Positions 47,019-55,736 of a stretch of DNA of 64,000 nt are shown here, piece by piece. Position 1 is the first letter of the stretch. Every line of letters begins with the position of its first letter. The stretch is from a virus. Below the pieces are notes generated by a model. The model did no database searches. It had not been told where the DNA came from and saw only the letters and a program-made list of their open reading frames with translations. The position numbers and the translations under genes were made by a program. The stretch spans positions 1-64,000 of IMG/VR virus record IMGVR_UViG_3300025015_000014; one strand, 5' to 3'.

Positions 47019-47034
47019 GATAGCCTCTTTACCG
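47019..47034 (-). promoter_or_regulatory. Candidate phage late promoter (CGGTAA-N5-CTAT) at the start of the morphogenesis block
   Basis: Minus strand CGGTAAAGAGGCTATC directly after the sigma-like gene. Confidence 0.45.
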
Positions 47035-47035
47035 A

Positions 47036-47638
47036 CTAACAGATTCGGTAGACGACCCGATCTCCACAGGTGACCCGACGAACCTCACGCAGGATATTGA
47101 GATTGGCCGCAATGTGGTCGAAAAGCTCAACATACTTCTGGAACTTCCGGTAGACACGCATCCGTTCAACAGTTCGTTGGAACCGATGTCTGACCAGTCC
47201 CTGAGAGACCCCGAGTTGGGAGGCCACCTCACTTTGACAGGTCGTTTCCACCATGCGGAGCATGATCTGAACATCCAGGGGGTCAGACAAGAGACCGCCA
47301 AGATCCTTTGCAAGCGTTTCCGTGTCTATTTGGGGAAGGTGAAACAGGAATTTCAATCGGTCAGCGGCTCGTTGGAGGCGATAGCACACGGTTGGTTGGG
47401 AGACTCCGAAAAGATGGGCTATGTCCGTTTGCCTGAGTCGTCTGAAGAAATATAGGTCAATGAAATCGGCCTCTCTGGGTGGCAAACTCTCCATGACCAC
47501 ACGCACCTTGGTCAAGGCTTGGTTGTCTTCAGCAGTGGGATCTGTAAAAACAGACCCCAGGAAGCTAATGCCATCTTCCACTGCAAATTGATTCTCGATT
47601 TGACTAGGATCCATTGTGCGATAGCCAGACCAAGACAT
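47036..47638 (-). CDS. Sigma-factor region-4-like protein with two HTH motifs
   Basis: LPPREADFIDLYFF..LRQTDIAHLFGVSQPTVCYRL.RA and a second CQSEVASQLGVSQGLVRHRF. Confidence 0.7.
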   Translation of the reverse strand: MSWSGYRTMDPSQIENQFAVEDGISFLGSVFTDPTAEDNQALTKVRVVMESLPPREADFIDLYFFRRLRQTDIAHLFGVSQPTVCYRLQRAADRLKFLFHLPQIDTETLAKDLGGLLSDPLDVQIMLRMVETTCQSEVASQLGVSQGLVRHRFQRTVERMRVYRKFQKYVELFDHIAANLNILREVRRVTCGDRVVYRIC

Positions 47639-47715
47639 GCGTAAGCCCCCCGTGCCCGTATGAAAGCCCGAAAAGCTCAAGCTCCAATATACTACCACGG
47701 GTCATTCAAGGGAGG

Positions 47716-48258
47716 TCAAGTATTTTTTGATGCCTCACTGACACAGTCTCGTGAAACCGATATCGTGGCTTTCAAGGATCGAAGCTCTATCTTGACCTGA
47801 ACCTGGCCATCTGCCAATCCAATGACCTCACCCTCCAAGCCTTGATAGTTCCCCTCCAAAACCGTGACCCGTTCTCCTATCTTCAGATCCGAGGTCACGG
47901 CTAGTTGTAGTTGTTTCCGCAGGTTCTGGATGGCCGAATCCGGGAGGGTTTGCAACGTCCGCAGGCATTCTTTGGTGCCTGCGGTGGACACGATTCTTTC
48001 GACATAGGACTTATGTTCCAGGGCAAAGTAGGTGGTTTCTGGCAACCCGGCCCCTACAAAAACATAGCCATCCATCAACCAAATGACGACCTGTTTTCCG
48101 TCACGTTCGTAGATGCGGGCCGGGATAAAGAGGGGGAATTCAGGACCGACCCCCAGGTCACATCGTATTGTGACCTCGAAGCTACCCTCTTCAACCTTGA
48201 GTTCCCCTTGATGCGTGATCTCAATGGCGACCCATGTTGGGGTGTCTCTGGGGTCCAA
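47716..48258 (-). CDS. nusG: NusG/RfaH-family transcription elongation factor
   Basis: NGN (W.AI...LFIP...LMDGYVFV) plus KOW (LKIGERVTVLEGNYQGLEGEV). Confidence 0.8.
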   Translation of the reverse strand: MDPRDTPTWVAIEITHQGELKVEEGSFEVTIRCDLGVGPEFPLFIPARIYERDGKQVVIWLMDGYVFVGAGLPETTYFALEHKSYVERIVSTAGTKECLRTLQTLPDSAIQNLRKQLQLAVTSDLKIGERVTVLEGNYQGLEGEVIGLADGQVQVKIELRSLKATISVSRDCVSEASKNT

Positions 48259-49681
48259 GTGTGTCGGCTCCTATCTCCAAATCCTGAAGCCACAGCCCAA
48301 GAAGCCGACCGAACTCGTTTGGTAGAAGAGTGCCGCCAGAAGAAACAGCCTTGGCCGCTAACTCATCCACGTTCCGAGTACACCGAGCATTCCGACAGAT
48401 GCCATCCACCGTGCGGCTCGGTAAGTCTTGTGGGTCTAAAGGAATTTGTCCCGTACCCACCCCACTTGGGATGTTACCACTGAGACTGACAGTTTGACCA
48501 GAAACAGGAGAGGATTCTGCAAGAGGCGTGACCGACTTTTCCGCCCCTGTTACAAGGATGGGGGTTACAGACGACCTTACAGGCTGCTGTTGCACGACCG
48601 TGATCTGGATTCCCTCCCCTGCCATCTGACCCCCGTAGTGCATGGCAGCAAGATCACAAAGCAACATGGCCTGGGTGGGTCGGCCTGGACGGGATCCCAA
48701 ACGGATTATGAAACCGAGCAGACCTTCCCGATATTGCTCATAGAGGGCTTTGAGCCGGACAGGCTCCAGATAGATGGGGGCTTTCAAGCCCAAGCCCACC
48801 CGATAGGCCCACATGCACAGGTCCATCATCTGGGTATAGATCATGGACGGAGAGGCTTGACTTGCCAAGCCCTCGACCAACTTGACCGCTGCCCCCAGAT
48901 CTTGTCCGATGAGTCCCAGTAGGTCCAGATAAAGACTTGCCTGGTCTAGTTTGAGATAGGCAGCCACGTTCGCCCGGTCGATTTTCCCAAGCAAACTGAT
49001 TCCCTCAATGGCCTTCAGGGCATCTCGGATATGCCCCTCTGTTACCTCGGCAATGAGGGGAAGCACTTCCGGGTCACAGGTGATACCTTCCTGGTCGCAT
49101 ACCCACGCAAGTCGTTGGGCCACCACGGGGGGTGGTACCGGGTCAATCATGAAAGCAGGAGCACATCTGGATAGGATGGTGTCCTTCATTCTGGCTGGCT
49201 CAGTCGTACAGAAGATGCAAACCAGTCGCTTGTTTCCCCCAGGGACGGTTTCCTCTAAGGGCTTGAGCATGGCATCCAAAGCATTGGCCGTGAGTTGGTG
49301 GGCCTCGTCGAACAAGTATATCCTCTGACGGCCAGAGAACGTCGAATACTGAAGCTCATCGGTCAAGGCCACCATGTACTCCTTGCCGGAGTTCGTGGCC
49401 GCATCAATCTCGATGAAATCTAGGGATTTTCCTGACAGGAAATCCCGACAAGACTCACACGTATCACAGGCATCCCCATCGGGGGATGGATTAGAGCACA
49501 GTAGACCCCGAGCCAGGATGCGACCGAGTGTGGTTTTTCCTGACCCCCAGGGACCAGCCAAGAGATAGGATTGGCGGAGTCCTGTGTGTGTTGCTATGTA
49601 TCGACGCAAGAGCTTGGTGATTCGCTCTTGGCCGAGTACATCGGCAAACCGGAGAGGCCGGTGTTTGGTATCCAAACCCAT
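48221..49681 (-). CDS. dnaX: DNA polymerase III subunit gamma/tau (clamp loader)
   Basis: KHRP..F.DV.GQ, G..GSGKTT, C..C.SC, EIDAA, DEAH.L...A..A.LK.LEE, TILSRC, G..RDAL. Confidence 0.92.
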   Translation of the reverse strand: MGLDTKHRPLRFADVLGQERITKLLRRYIATHTGLRQSYLLAGPWGSGKTTLGRILARGLLCSNPSPDGDACDTCESCRDFLSGKSLDFIEIDAATNSGKEYMVALTDELQYSTFSGRQRIYLFDEAHQLTANALDAMLKPLEETVPGGNKRLVCIFCTTEPARMKDTILSRCAPAFMIDPVPPPVVAQRLAWVCDQEGITCDPEVLPLIAEVTEGHIRDALKAIEGISLLGKIDRANVAAYLKLDQASLYLDLLGLIGQDLGAAVKLVEGLASQASPSMIYTQMMDLCMWAYRVGLGLKAPIYLEPVRLKALYEQYREGLLGFIIRLGSRPGRPTQAMLLCDLAAMHYGGQMAGEGIQITVVQQQPVRSSVTPILVTGAEKSVTPLAESSPVSGQTVSLSGNIPSGVGTGQIPLDPQDLPSRTVDGICRNARCTRNVDELAAKAVSSGGTLLPNEFGRLLGLWLQDLEIGADTLGPQRHPNMGRH

Positions 49682-49707
49682 GCTTCACATCCCTGTCAGG
49701 CACAGGT

Positions 49708-50160
49708 TTACTTCCCGAACAATTCCTCGACCAGATTCGTTGACGGAGGTGCCCCGTCATACCGCCATGCCCCATGTCTTTCCAGTTCCTCCTTGAAAAA
49801 GGCCACGTCGGGCGGGCGAACGTATGTCTTGGTCTCTCCCGTTTGCTCATCCTCCGTGGCTCCACAAGCACACAGATGGTGGTCCAACAGGGCAGTCTGG
49901 TGCTTCGGGTCAAGCTCTTGCCAAACATCTGCTGCCAGAAGGATGATGAACTTCCAATGGGTTTCCGACAGCACCCCCAGAATGGCCGGGGCCTTCGAGG
50001 TTTTACCCGCGATGACCTTGCCGTCCACCTCGGAACCCTTTTCGCGGAACAGAACTGCGATTTCATCCACGACAGGTGCCAGAAGCGGGTGATACTTAGC
50101 CACCAAGTCCTTCATGGTCTTGATCACGTCGTCCCCTGCTTTCCAAACACTGCTAGCCAT
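49708..50160 (-). CDS. Phage metallopeptidase-like protein with degenerate HExxH
   Basis: FII......WQ.L...Q.ALLDHHL...RPPDV..F.EE..RHG. The family pattern is present but HELxH is replaced by HHLCA. Confidence 0.55.
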   Translation of the reverse strand: MASSVWKAGDDVIKTMKDLVAKYHPLLAPVVDEIAVLFREKGSEVDGKVIAGKTSKAPAILGVLSETHWKFIILLAADVWQELDPKHQTALLDHHLCACGATEDEQTGETKTYVRPPDVAFFKEELERHGAWRYDGAPPSTNLVEELFGK

Positions 50161-50875
50161 CGAAACACACTCCTTCTGCAAAGGTTTTTCGGAGAGCTTC
50201 CACGCCCCCCCGGTCCCAAATCTCACCAGGATCCTTGCCCCCGCCATAGGGCACGTCCCGACACTTCAACCCTACCCGGCCCAACGACTGGAGTGCTCCC
50301 CAGCGTTTCTTTCCAGTTTCATCTACCCAACCGGTAATGCCCTTCCGGCCTGTCTCATCCCGGTCGTAAACCATATTCACCAAGCCCCGACAGAATCTTC
50401 GTAGGAATTCCACATGGGAGACGCTCAATCTTGCACGGACTGTCGCCAACACGGCATCTGTAGACGGGACGGCCCATTCCAAAGGGAACAAGTCGAACAA
50501 GCCCTCCACAATCCAGGCATCCCCACCCATCCACAGCTTCTCAACCGCGTTTTTGGTACCCAGGAAGAATGGATTCCAGGCGGCCTCATGTAAACGGTAA
50601 TCCGAAATGCGCTTCTCCCGAATCGAACGAGCCTCGAACCCGATGAGTTTACCCCGAGGGGATCTCACTGGACATACCAAGGCTCCGACCAGTGCCTCAC
50701 CTCTTGACCCATAGCGTTTCCGAAATTCCTCATCGGGCAAAGGCACATCTTGGGCCTGCCAAGTGACAATGCCTTCCCTTTGGATAGACTCGGGCTTCGC
50801 GCCCCTCCCCAGCAGATAGCTCTCGACCTCTGGGGTTAGACTACAGGTGGCCAGAGATTGCTCTAGCCAACTCAT
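50153..50875 (-). CDS. dnaG: DnaG-type primase catalytic/TOPRIM domain (no Zn-binding domain)
   Basis: YL..RG, P.....G...GF.AR, IVEGLFD, YDRDETG, KDPGE. Confidence 0.8.
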   Translation of the reverse strand: MSWLEQSLATCSLTPEVESYLLGRGAKPESIQREGIVTWQAQDVPLPDEEFRKRYGSRGEALVGALVCPVRSPRGKLIGFEARSIREKRISDYRLHEAAWNPFFLGTKNAVEKLWMGGDAWIVEGLFDLFPLEWAVPSTDAVLATVRARLSVSHVEFLRRFCRGLVNMVYDRDETGRKGITGWVDETGKKRWGALQSLGRVGLKCRDVPYGGGKDPGEIWDRGGVEALRKTFAEGVCFDG

Positions 50876-51465
50876 TTCAAGGGGTCTCCGGCAAAGGCCA
50901 AACCCCGACTAGCATTGTGGACCGCCACCCAATGATGCCCCTTTGCCACATAACCCAAGGTGCCAAGGAACCCCCGGTCTTTCGAGACAACCACGGCTAG
51001 GTCTCCTGGTAGCCAAGAACAGAAACGGATGGAACACCCGAAGGTCTTGGGATTCAACCATTCAGGTCGCGTTTTCGGACTGTCGTGATGGGAATCATCC
51101 TTCAAGCGGGCAATCAGAAGCTCTGGCTCGGGGAGGTCATAGTATTTGGCTCGTTCCAGGGCGGCCTTAACCCCCTCCTGGGAGAACTCGAAGCCATTCT
51201 CCCATTGGTCAGCTTGTCCCCGCCGAGATATCTCCCGTACAACCCCCATGAAAACCTCTCCTGGAGAGGTCATGGGTCTCACGGCTGCCTTGAGGCTATT
51301 TTCAGGATGTGCTTCCTCAATCCAGAGCCACGGTTCTTTAGCCGCCGACACCAGATAAGGAGCCGTGTCAGGGGATATCCCCTCCAACTCGATCAGCAAA
51401 GGAGTCACCTCTTTGCGATCCATTGCCTTCGGGCGATGTCTCAAGACCTGTAATAGATGGCTCAC
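50872..51465 (-). CDS. Hypothetical protein
   Basis: 197-aa ORF overlapping both neighbours by 4 bp. Confidence 0.6.
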   Translation of the reverse strand: MSHLLQVLRHRPKAMDRKEVTPLLIELEGISPDTAPYLVSAAKEPWLWIEEAHPENSLKAAVRPMTSPGEVFMGVVREISRRGQADQWENGFEFSQEGVKAALERAKYYDLPEPELLIARLKDDSHHDSPKTRPEWLNPKTFGCSIRFCSWLPGDLAVVVSKDRGFLGTLGYVAKGHHWVAVHNASRGLAFAGDPLK

Positions 51466-51902
51466 GATTCCACCCCCCCCGGTTCGACCTCGGTGATCCC
51501 CTCCCAGAGACCCCCACCATCTTCAGCCGTCCCCAGCACCCAAATCAAGGCAGCCACGTCTGGATACTCAGCGGCCAAGGGTCCCCGATCCGGAGCATGG
51601 ATCAGCCTATCCATCTTGACCTGAAATTCTTGTCTCAAGAGTTCCCGGCTTTTGATGGCCCCCCAAAAGGCACAGGCTTTGGCCTTCTCAACCCCGCCTA
51701 TCCGAATGTCACACACCTGGTCATAAGGCGACCCAGCGGCCGGACACTGGCATACTCGAACCTCGACATTGAGTTGTAGGGTCTTACTCGCATTGTGAGT
51801 ACAGGTCTGAGGACGTTGTCGAAGGGCATGACTCAAGAGATACTGGAGGTGACGAAAGATCACCTGCCGTAGTTTGTTTCGGATAACCGCCCATTCTTGC
51901 AT
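51462..51902 (-). CDS. Hypothetical Cys-containing protein
   Basis: 146-aa ORF, translationally coupled to its neighbours. Confidence 0.55.
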   Translation of the reverse strand: MQEWAVIRNKLRQVIFRHLQYLLSHALRQRPQTCTHNASKTLQLNVEVRVCQCPAAGSPYDQVCDIRIGGVEKAKACAFWGAIKSRELLRQEFQVKMDRLIHAPDRGPLAAEYPDVAALIWVLGTAEDGGGLWEGITEVEPGGVES

Positions 51903-52528
51903 TAACGAGTCCTCTCAAAACAGGCTGCCCCGTCCTTCCGGGAAATCCGATACACATGATCTGCTGCATCCACCAGGGCTTGGTTGTGGGTCACCAACAG
52001 GATATCCACCCCCAGTTGTTTACTGACCAGGGCAAGGAAAGCCCCGATGTTATGCACGTAGTTCCCGTCAAAAGCCGGGAGGGTTTCATCCATCAGCAAC
52101 ACTGGTCGGAGTCCCCGTTTCAACAGGATGAAGATCCGAAGCAGGACAGACTGAATCGTGGTTACAGCTCCACCGAAGGCATCGTTGCACCCGCCCTCAA
52201 TGGTGACACTCCCATGAACCTGATTCGTAACCAGGTCTACTGCAACCTTGCCTCGTTGCAACTCAACCTTGGCCAGCACAGACAGATTCTGATCCGGGAA
52301 TACGGCTTGGAGTCCCTCAGTGAGTAATCGCTGAACGGCTTGCACGCTCAGGTTTACTTCCCGGTCCACCAATGACTGAAGCAAGGTTTCGACCAAGGCA
52401 AGGAGTTCTCCCTCACCTTCTAGTTTCTGAATGTCAGCCCCTGCAACCCGTAACTGTTCCCGAACAGAGTCCCGCCGACCCAGTGCCCGATCCAGTTGAG
52501 ACCGCAGTCCTGTGGCAGTAGGGATCAC
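51902..52528 (-). CDS. Rad50/SbcC-like ABC ATPase, C-terminal half
   Basis: Coiled coil, then a degenerate signature AFGGA, Walker B VLLMDE and H-loop LLVTHN...AD.VY. Confidence 0.8.
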   Translation of the reverse strand: MIPTATGLRSQLDRALGRRDSVREQLRVAGADIQKLEGEGELLALVETLLQSLVDREVNLSVQAVQRLLTEGLQAVFPDQNLSVLAKVELQRGKVAVDLVTNQVHGSVTIEGGCNDAFGGAVTTIQSVLLRIFILLKRGLRPVLLMDETLPAFDGNYVHNIGAFLALVSKQLGVDILLVTHNQALVDAADHVYRISRKDGAACFERTR

Positions 52529-52537
52529 CTACCAACC

Positions 52538-53698
52538 TCACAGGTCACGCAACCAAACGATGATAACTAGATAGTCGTCCATCCCCCGCTTCTCATAGTA
52601 GCGGAGGTAGCCACCCTTGGCCCCCTGAGCCGACACCCTGACATTGACTCCGATCTGAACCGTGTCCCCCCGCATCACGTCCAGTGCCTTTTCCAGATGT
52701 GGGTACCCAACCGCAAAAGATGCCGGAAGGGGAGCCGCCTTAGGGGACACCGTTTCCTGACACGCGATCTTTCTCTCGGTCGGCTTGCCATCACTCTTGT
52801 TCTGCATAGAAAGCACAACCGGTCCTGTTGGATCCGGCCGTGAGAACACGAGTCGGATGTCTTCCTTAGAGGCTCCGGACCGCAGATAGGGAATGGCCCC
52901 CTTGAGTTCGGCCAGTGGCAGGTTCCAAACCCGTTCATCATCCCCCGGACGGGAGAAAAGTTTGAAGCTCTCCTCGAAACGGGTCATCCCGAACAATGCC
53001 CCATCTCCCCGTTGGAAAATGGCCTGACGAGGAGCCTCCAAGATCCGGATATCCCCTTCCCCTGCGGCTACCAGGAATGCCATGAGCGAAGGGGCATCCT
53101 TGATGTGTATCCGAACACCCACCTTGTCCAATCCGGTCATGTTCACGATGGAGGCTGCTGTGCGGTTCGTGGAAAGCATCGACCCATTGGACATCTCACA
53201 GACGCAGATTTTCCGATCCTGTGCGTCTTTGTCAGAGGCAAACTGTCTGGAGAAATCCACGGCATCCCGGAATCTACTTGCTGAGACAATCCCTGTCTCT
53301 TGAGCATCCTTCAAGGTCTTGTCCCAGTAGGGAAAGTTGTCGGGGTCGAGTGAGTCGAATCGCTGGATGCCGTGGGGGGAGGCACAAGCAATTCTGGATG
53401 AGTCCAGGGTGAAGACCAGTACGGCATCTGGTACCCCGTTCAGCCATAACTTGAGGACGCTACCCTCAATAGTGAAAGCCTCACCCTCAATCCCCTCTAC
53501 TTCAGCAATGAGAGGACAACCCGCGTAGATCCGTCCGGAGTTGGTCAGCACCTCTGCCCGTAGTGTCCCGGCAGCATCCGGCTGCAACCGGAAAAGGAAA
53601 TGGGAGGACAGATCACTCCCGGTGGTAGACATGGCATGAGCTACCACGCTCAATGACCTCTCCAGATCCTGTTTGGCGACACCGATCTTCATTCTCAA
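52538..53698 (-). CDS. dnaN: DNA polymerase III beta sliding clamp-like protein
   Basis: 386 aa. L...L..V..A, 'LDPDNFP', F...V.....A, STN, YL..AL match the three-domain clamp pattern; located in the replication cluster. Confidence 0.7.
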   Translation of the reverse strand: MRMKIGVAKQDLERSLSVVAHAMSTTGSDLSSHFLFRLQPDAAGTLRAEVLTNSGRIYAGCPLIAEVEGIEGEAFTIEGSVLKLWLNGVPDAVLVFTLDSSRIACASPHGIQRFDSLDPDNFPYWDKTLKDAQETGIVSASRFRDAVDFSRQFASDKDAQDRKICVCEMSNGSMLSTNRTAASIVNMTGLDKVGVRIHIKDAPSLMAFLVAAGEGDIRILEAPRQAIFQRGDGALFGMTRFEESFKLFSRPGDDERVWNLPLAELKGAIPYLRSGASKEDIRLVFSRPDPTGPVVLSMQNKSDGKPTERKIACQETVSPKAAPLPASFAVGYPHLEKALDVMRGDTVQIGVNVRVSAQGAKGGYLRYYEKRGMDDYLVIIVWLRDL

Positions 53699-53964
53699 CC
53701 CCTGTCTGTGGTGAAAGTGGCTACCTGTAGGGTAGCTGCCTGGATCCGTCCCTCAAGCCCTTGCACAGCCTCATCGAACCGTGCCTGGAGTTTCTGAATC
53801 GTAGCCTCCAACTCGGCGGGATCCACTTTGCGTTGGCGACACTCCGTTTCTACAGCCATCACCTCGGCCCGGGCCGCTTCCAGCTTACCCTTGCCTTGAG
53901 CAACACGGTCCCGCAAAAGATCTCGCTTCTGAAGGGCCTCTTGTAGTCGTTGGCGACGGTCCAT
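53695..53964 (-). CDS. Small coiled-coil protein
   Basis: 89 aa with heptad character, GAGGG RBS. Confidence 0.6.
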   Translation of the reverse strand: MDRRQRLQEALQKRDLLRDRVAQGKGKLEAARAEVMAVETECRQRKVDPAELEATIQKLQARFDEAVQGLEGRIQAATLQVATFTTDRG

Positions 53965-53983
53965 GATCCCTCTACCCGATTCG

Positions 53984-54958
53984 TCAGTCCAAGGAAATAG
54001 TTTCGATACCCACGGTCACGGGCATGTCATCCCGACGAGGCTTCCGCGTGTTGTGCGCCTTCTGCTCCACACGGGCCGGACACACAGAGTCGTAATCGCA
54101 AAAACGACAAGTCTTGGGGGTTGGGGTTGGGGTGAATCGTTCCTGGTCCATGTTCTTCAAGGTGTTCACAGCCCGTTCAGCCAAACCTTTCAGGTCAGCC
54201 ACAGTGAAAGGCACCCACACTACCCCTGTTTCGGTACCCCCGGTAAGTTGACCATCGACCCCTACCTCGGGATCCCCATAGGGGTAGCGGTAGTAACAGA
54301 ATCCTAGACGGTCTGGCAAGGCTCGTTCGTAGGCCAGATGAAAACAGAGGGCATACCACCGGAGTTGGTCGGGGTCAGTGTAGGTCATCAGCCCACCCTT
54401 CCCGTCCTTGTATCGCTTGCCATTCTTGCCGTCGATGATGGTCACTCCCTTGTTCGGATCCGCATCCCGCCGAATCAAAAGGTCTACCCGACCACCAATG
54501 GGGGTGTACTGATTGACATAGCCCAAAAGCTCAGCCTCAGCCTTGGCATACGGACCAAGAAGATGATGGGCCTTCATGGTTCGCAGGTACCCCCGAACCC
54601 CGTTGACAATGGTCTCTACCATCTCCGATTTGGGAGGGGCCAATCGCCAGTCAATATACTTCCGGGCCAGTTCGAGTTCCAACTTCTTATTGGCCTCGGC
54701 CAGAAGACGATCTATCAGGGGTTTGCCCCGAAGATGTCGCCATAGCTCATCGTTATAGAAACGCTCTATGGCCGCCTGGATTGCGATACCCATAATGGCA
54801 TGGTGTTCAGATTTCTGAAGGGGTTTGGGTTTCTTTTTCCCTGGGCCGCCACCCACGTCAATGGTACCCCAACCCCGCCCCCACAGGAACTTCTGCGGGC
54901 ATTCTTCAAAGGAAACCAGATTCGACCAATAGAGCGTGAAACGGCTTGGTGTGGACAT
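53984..54958 (-). CDS. PD-(D/E)XK RecB/Cas4-like exonuclease
   Basis: S....F..CP, GRVDL...IIDGK.G, QL..YAL, C.FC.Y...C. GGAGG RBS before the ATG at 54958. Confidence 0.85.
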   Translation of the reverse strand: MSTPSRFTLYWSNLVSFEECPQKFLWGRGWGTIDVGGGPGKKKPKPLQKSEHHAIMGIAIQAAIERFYNDELWRHLRGKPLIDRLLAEANKKLELELARKYIDWRLAPPKSEMVETIVNGVRGYLRTMKAHHLLGPYAKAEAELLGYVNQYTPIGGRVDLLIRRDADPNKGVTIIDGKNGKRYKDGKGGLMTYTDPDQLRWYALCFHLAYERALPDRLGFCYYRYPYGDPEVGVDGQLTGGTETGVVWVPFTVADLKGLAERAVNTLKNMDQERFTPTPTPKTCRFCDYDSVCPARVEQKAHNTRKPRRDDMPVTVGIETISLD

Positions 54959-55013
54959 GGGGGAGCACCTCCAGAAGTGACCCCCTATCTTACCCGACAC
55001 AGAGACTTTTGAT

Positions 55014-55322
55014 CTACTTGGGCTGAAGAAGCAGGGCAACTTTTGCGGGTACTAGGGCCGGGGTCACCACCAACATACGGTCAAGCCACATGAGCGTGAC
55101 CTCGGCCCCCTTCTTCTGAATTTCCCACTTGCCATCCCAATCCCGGTCCACGGTGACAACTCGAAGGGTGGGGGTCTCTCCCCGTTTGTGTCCTCGCCAC
55201 TCTTCCCGGCTACAGAGCCGGGTAACCCGTCCGTACTTGAGCGTGGCAGATCGATCCCACAAGGAAGCATAGAGCACGATGTCCCCAGGCTTGATCGTCT
55301 GACCCGCGATGTCCTTGTACAT
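55014..55322 (-). CDS. Hypothetical protein (KOW/SH3-like)
   Basis: KDIAGQTIKPGDIVLY is a common small phage protein start. AAGGAG RBS. Confidence 0.6.
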   Translation of the reverse strand: MYKDIAGQTIKPGDIVLYASLWDRSATLKYGRVTRLCSREEWRGHKRGETPTLRVVTVDRDWDGKWEIQKKGAEVTLMWLDRMLVVTPALVPAKVALLLQPK

Positions 55323-55325
55323 GGG

Positions 55326-55736
55326 CTACTCCTTACGGTGTTGCCGCTTGGCCTTGTCACGAGCAGTCTTTCCGACTGCCCGCACAAACGAAGGTGCTCC
55401 CGCAATCTGACTCCGGGTCTGTTCACGACTTTGCTGCCGTTCAAGCCAGAGATCCCATGCCGACAACATCTCTGCCTCAATGTATTCCTGAGCCTTCACG
55501 ATCATTTGCCCAAGAAGGACAGCATAGTTGAAGGCAAGCTCCGGCTTGTTGAGTCCGGAAGCATGGGTCTTCAAATCAATGTAGGGGAGGATCCTGCCGT
55601 TGGGGTACCGCATCCCAACGAAAAGCGAGTAGCGAGCCGGAACGACCCGTGCCCTGCTCACCTCTACAATCAACCCGTTTTCCTCCAGAGTCAGCACTTT
55701 CTCCCAGGGAGACTTGGACACCTGATGTTCATCCAT
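55326..55736 (-). CDS. Hypothetical protein
   Basis: 136-aa ORF in minus-strand packing. Confidence 0.55.
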   Translation of the reverse strand: MDEHQVSKSPWEKVLTLEENGLIVEVSRARVVPARYSLFVGMRYPNGRILPYIDLKTHASGLNKPELAFNYAVLLGQMIVKAQEYIEAEMLSAWDLWLERQQSREQTRSQIAGAPSFVRAVGKTARDKAKRQHRKE

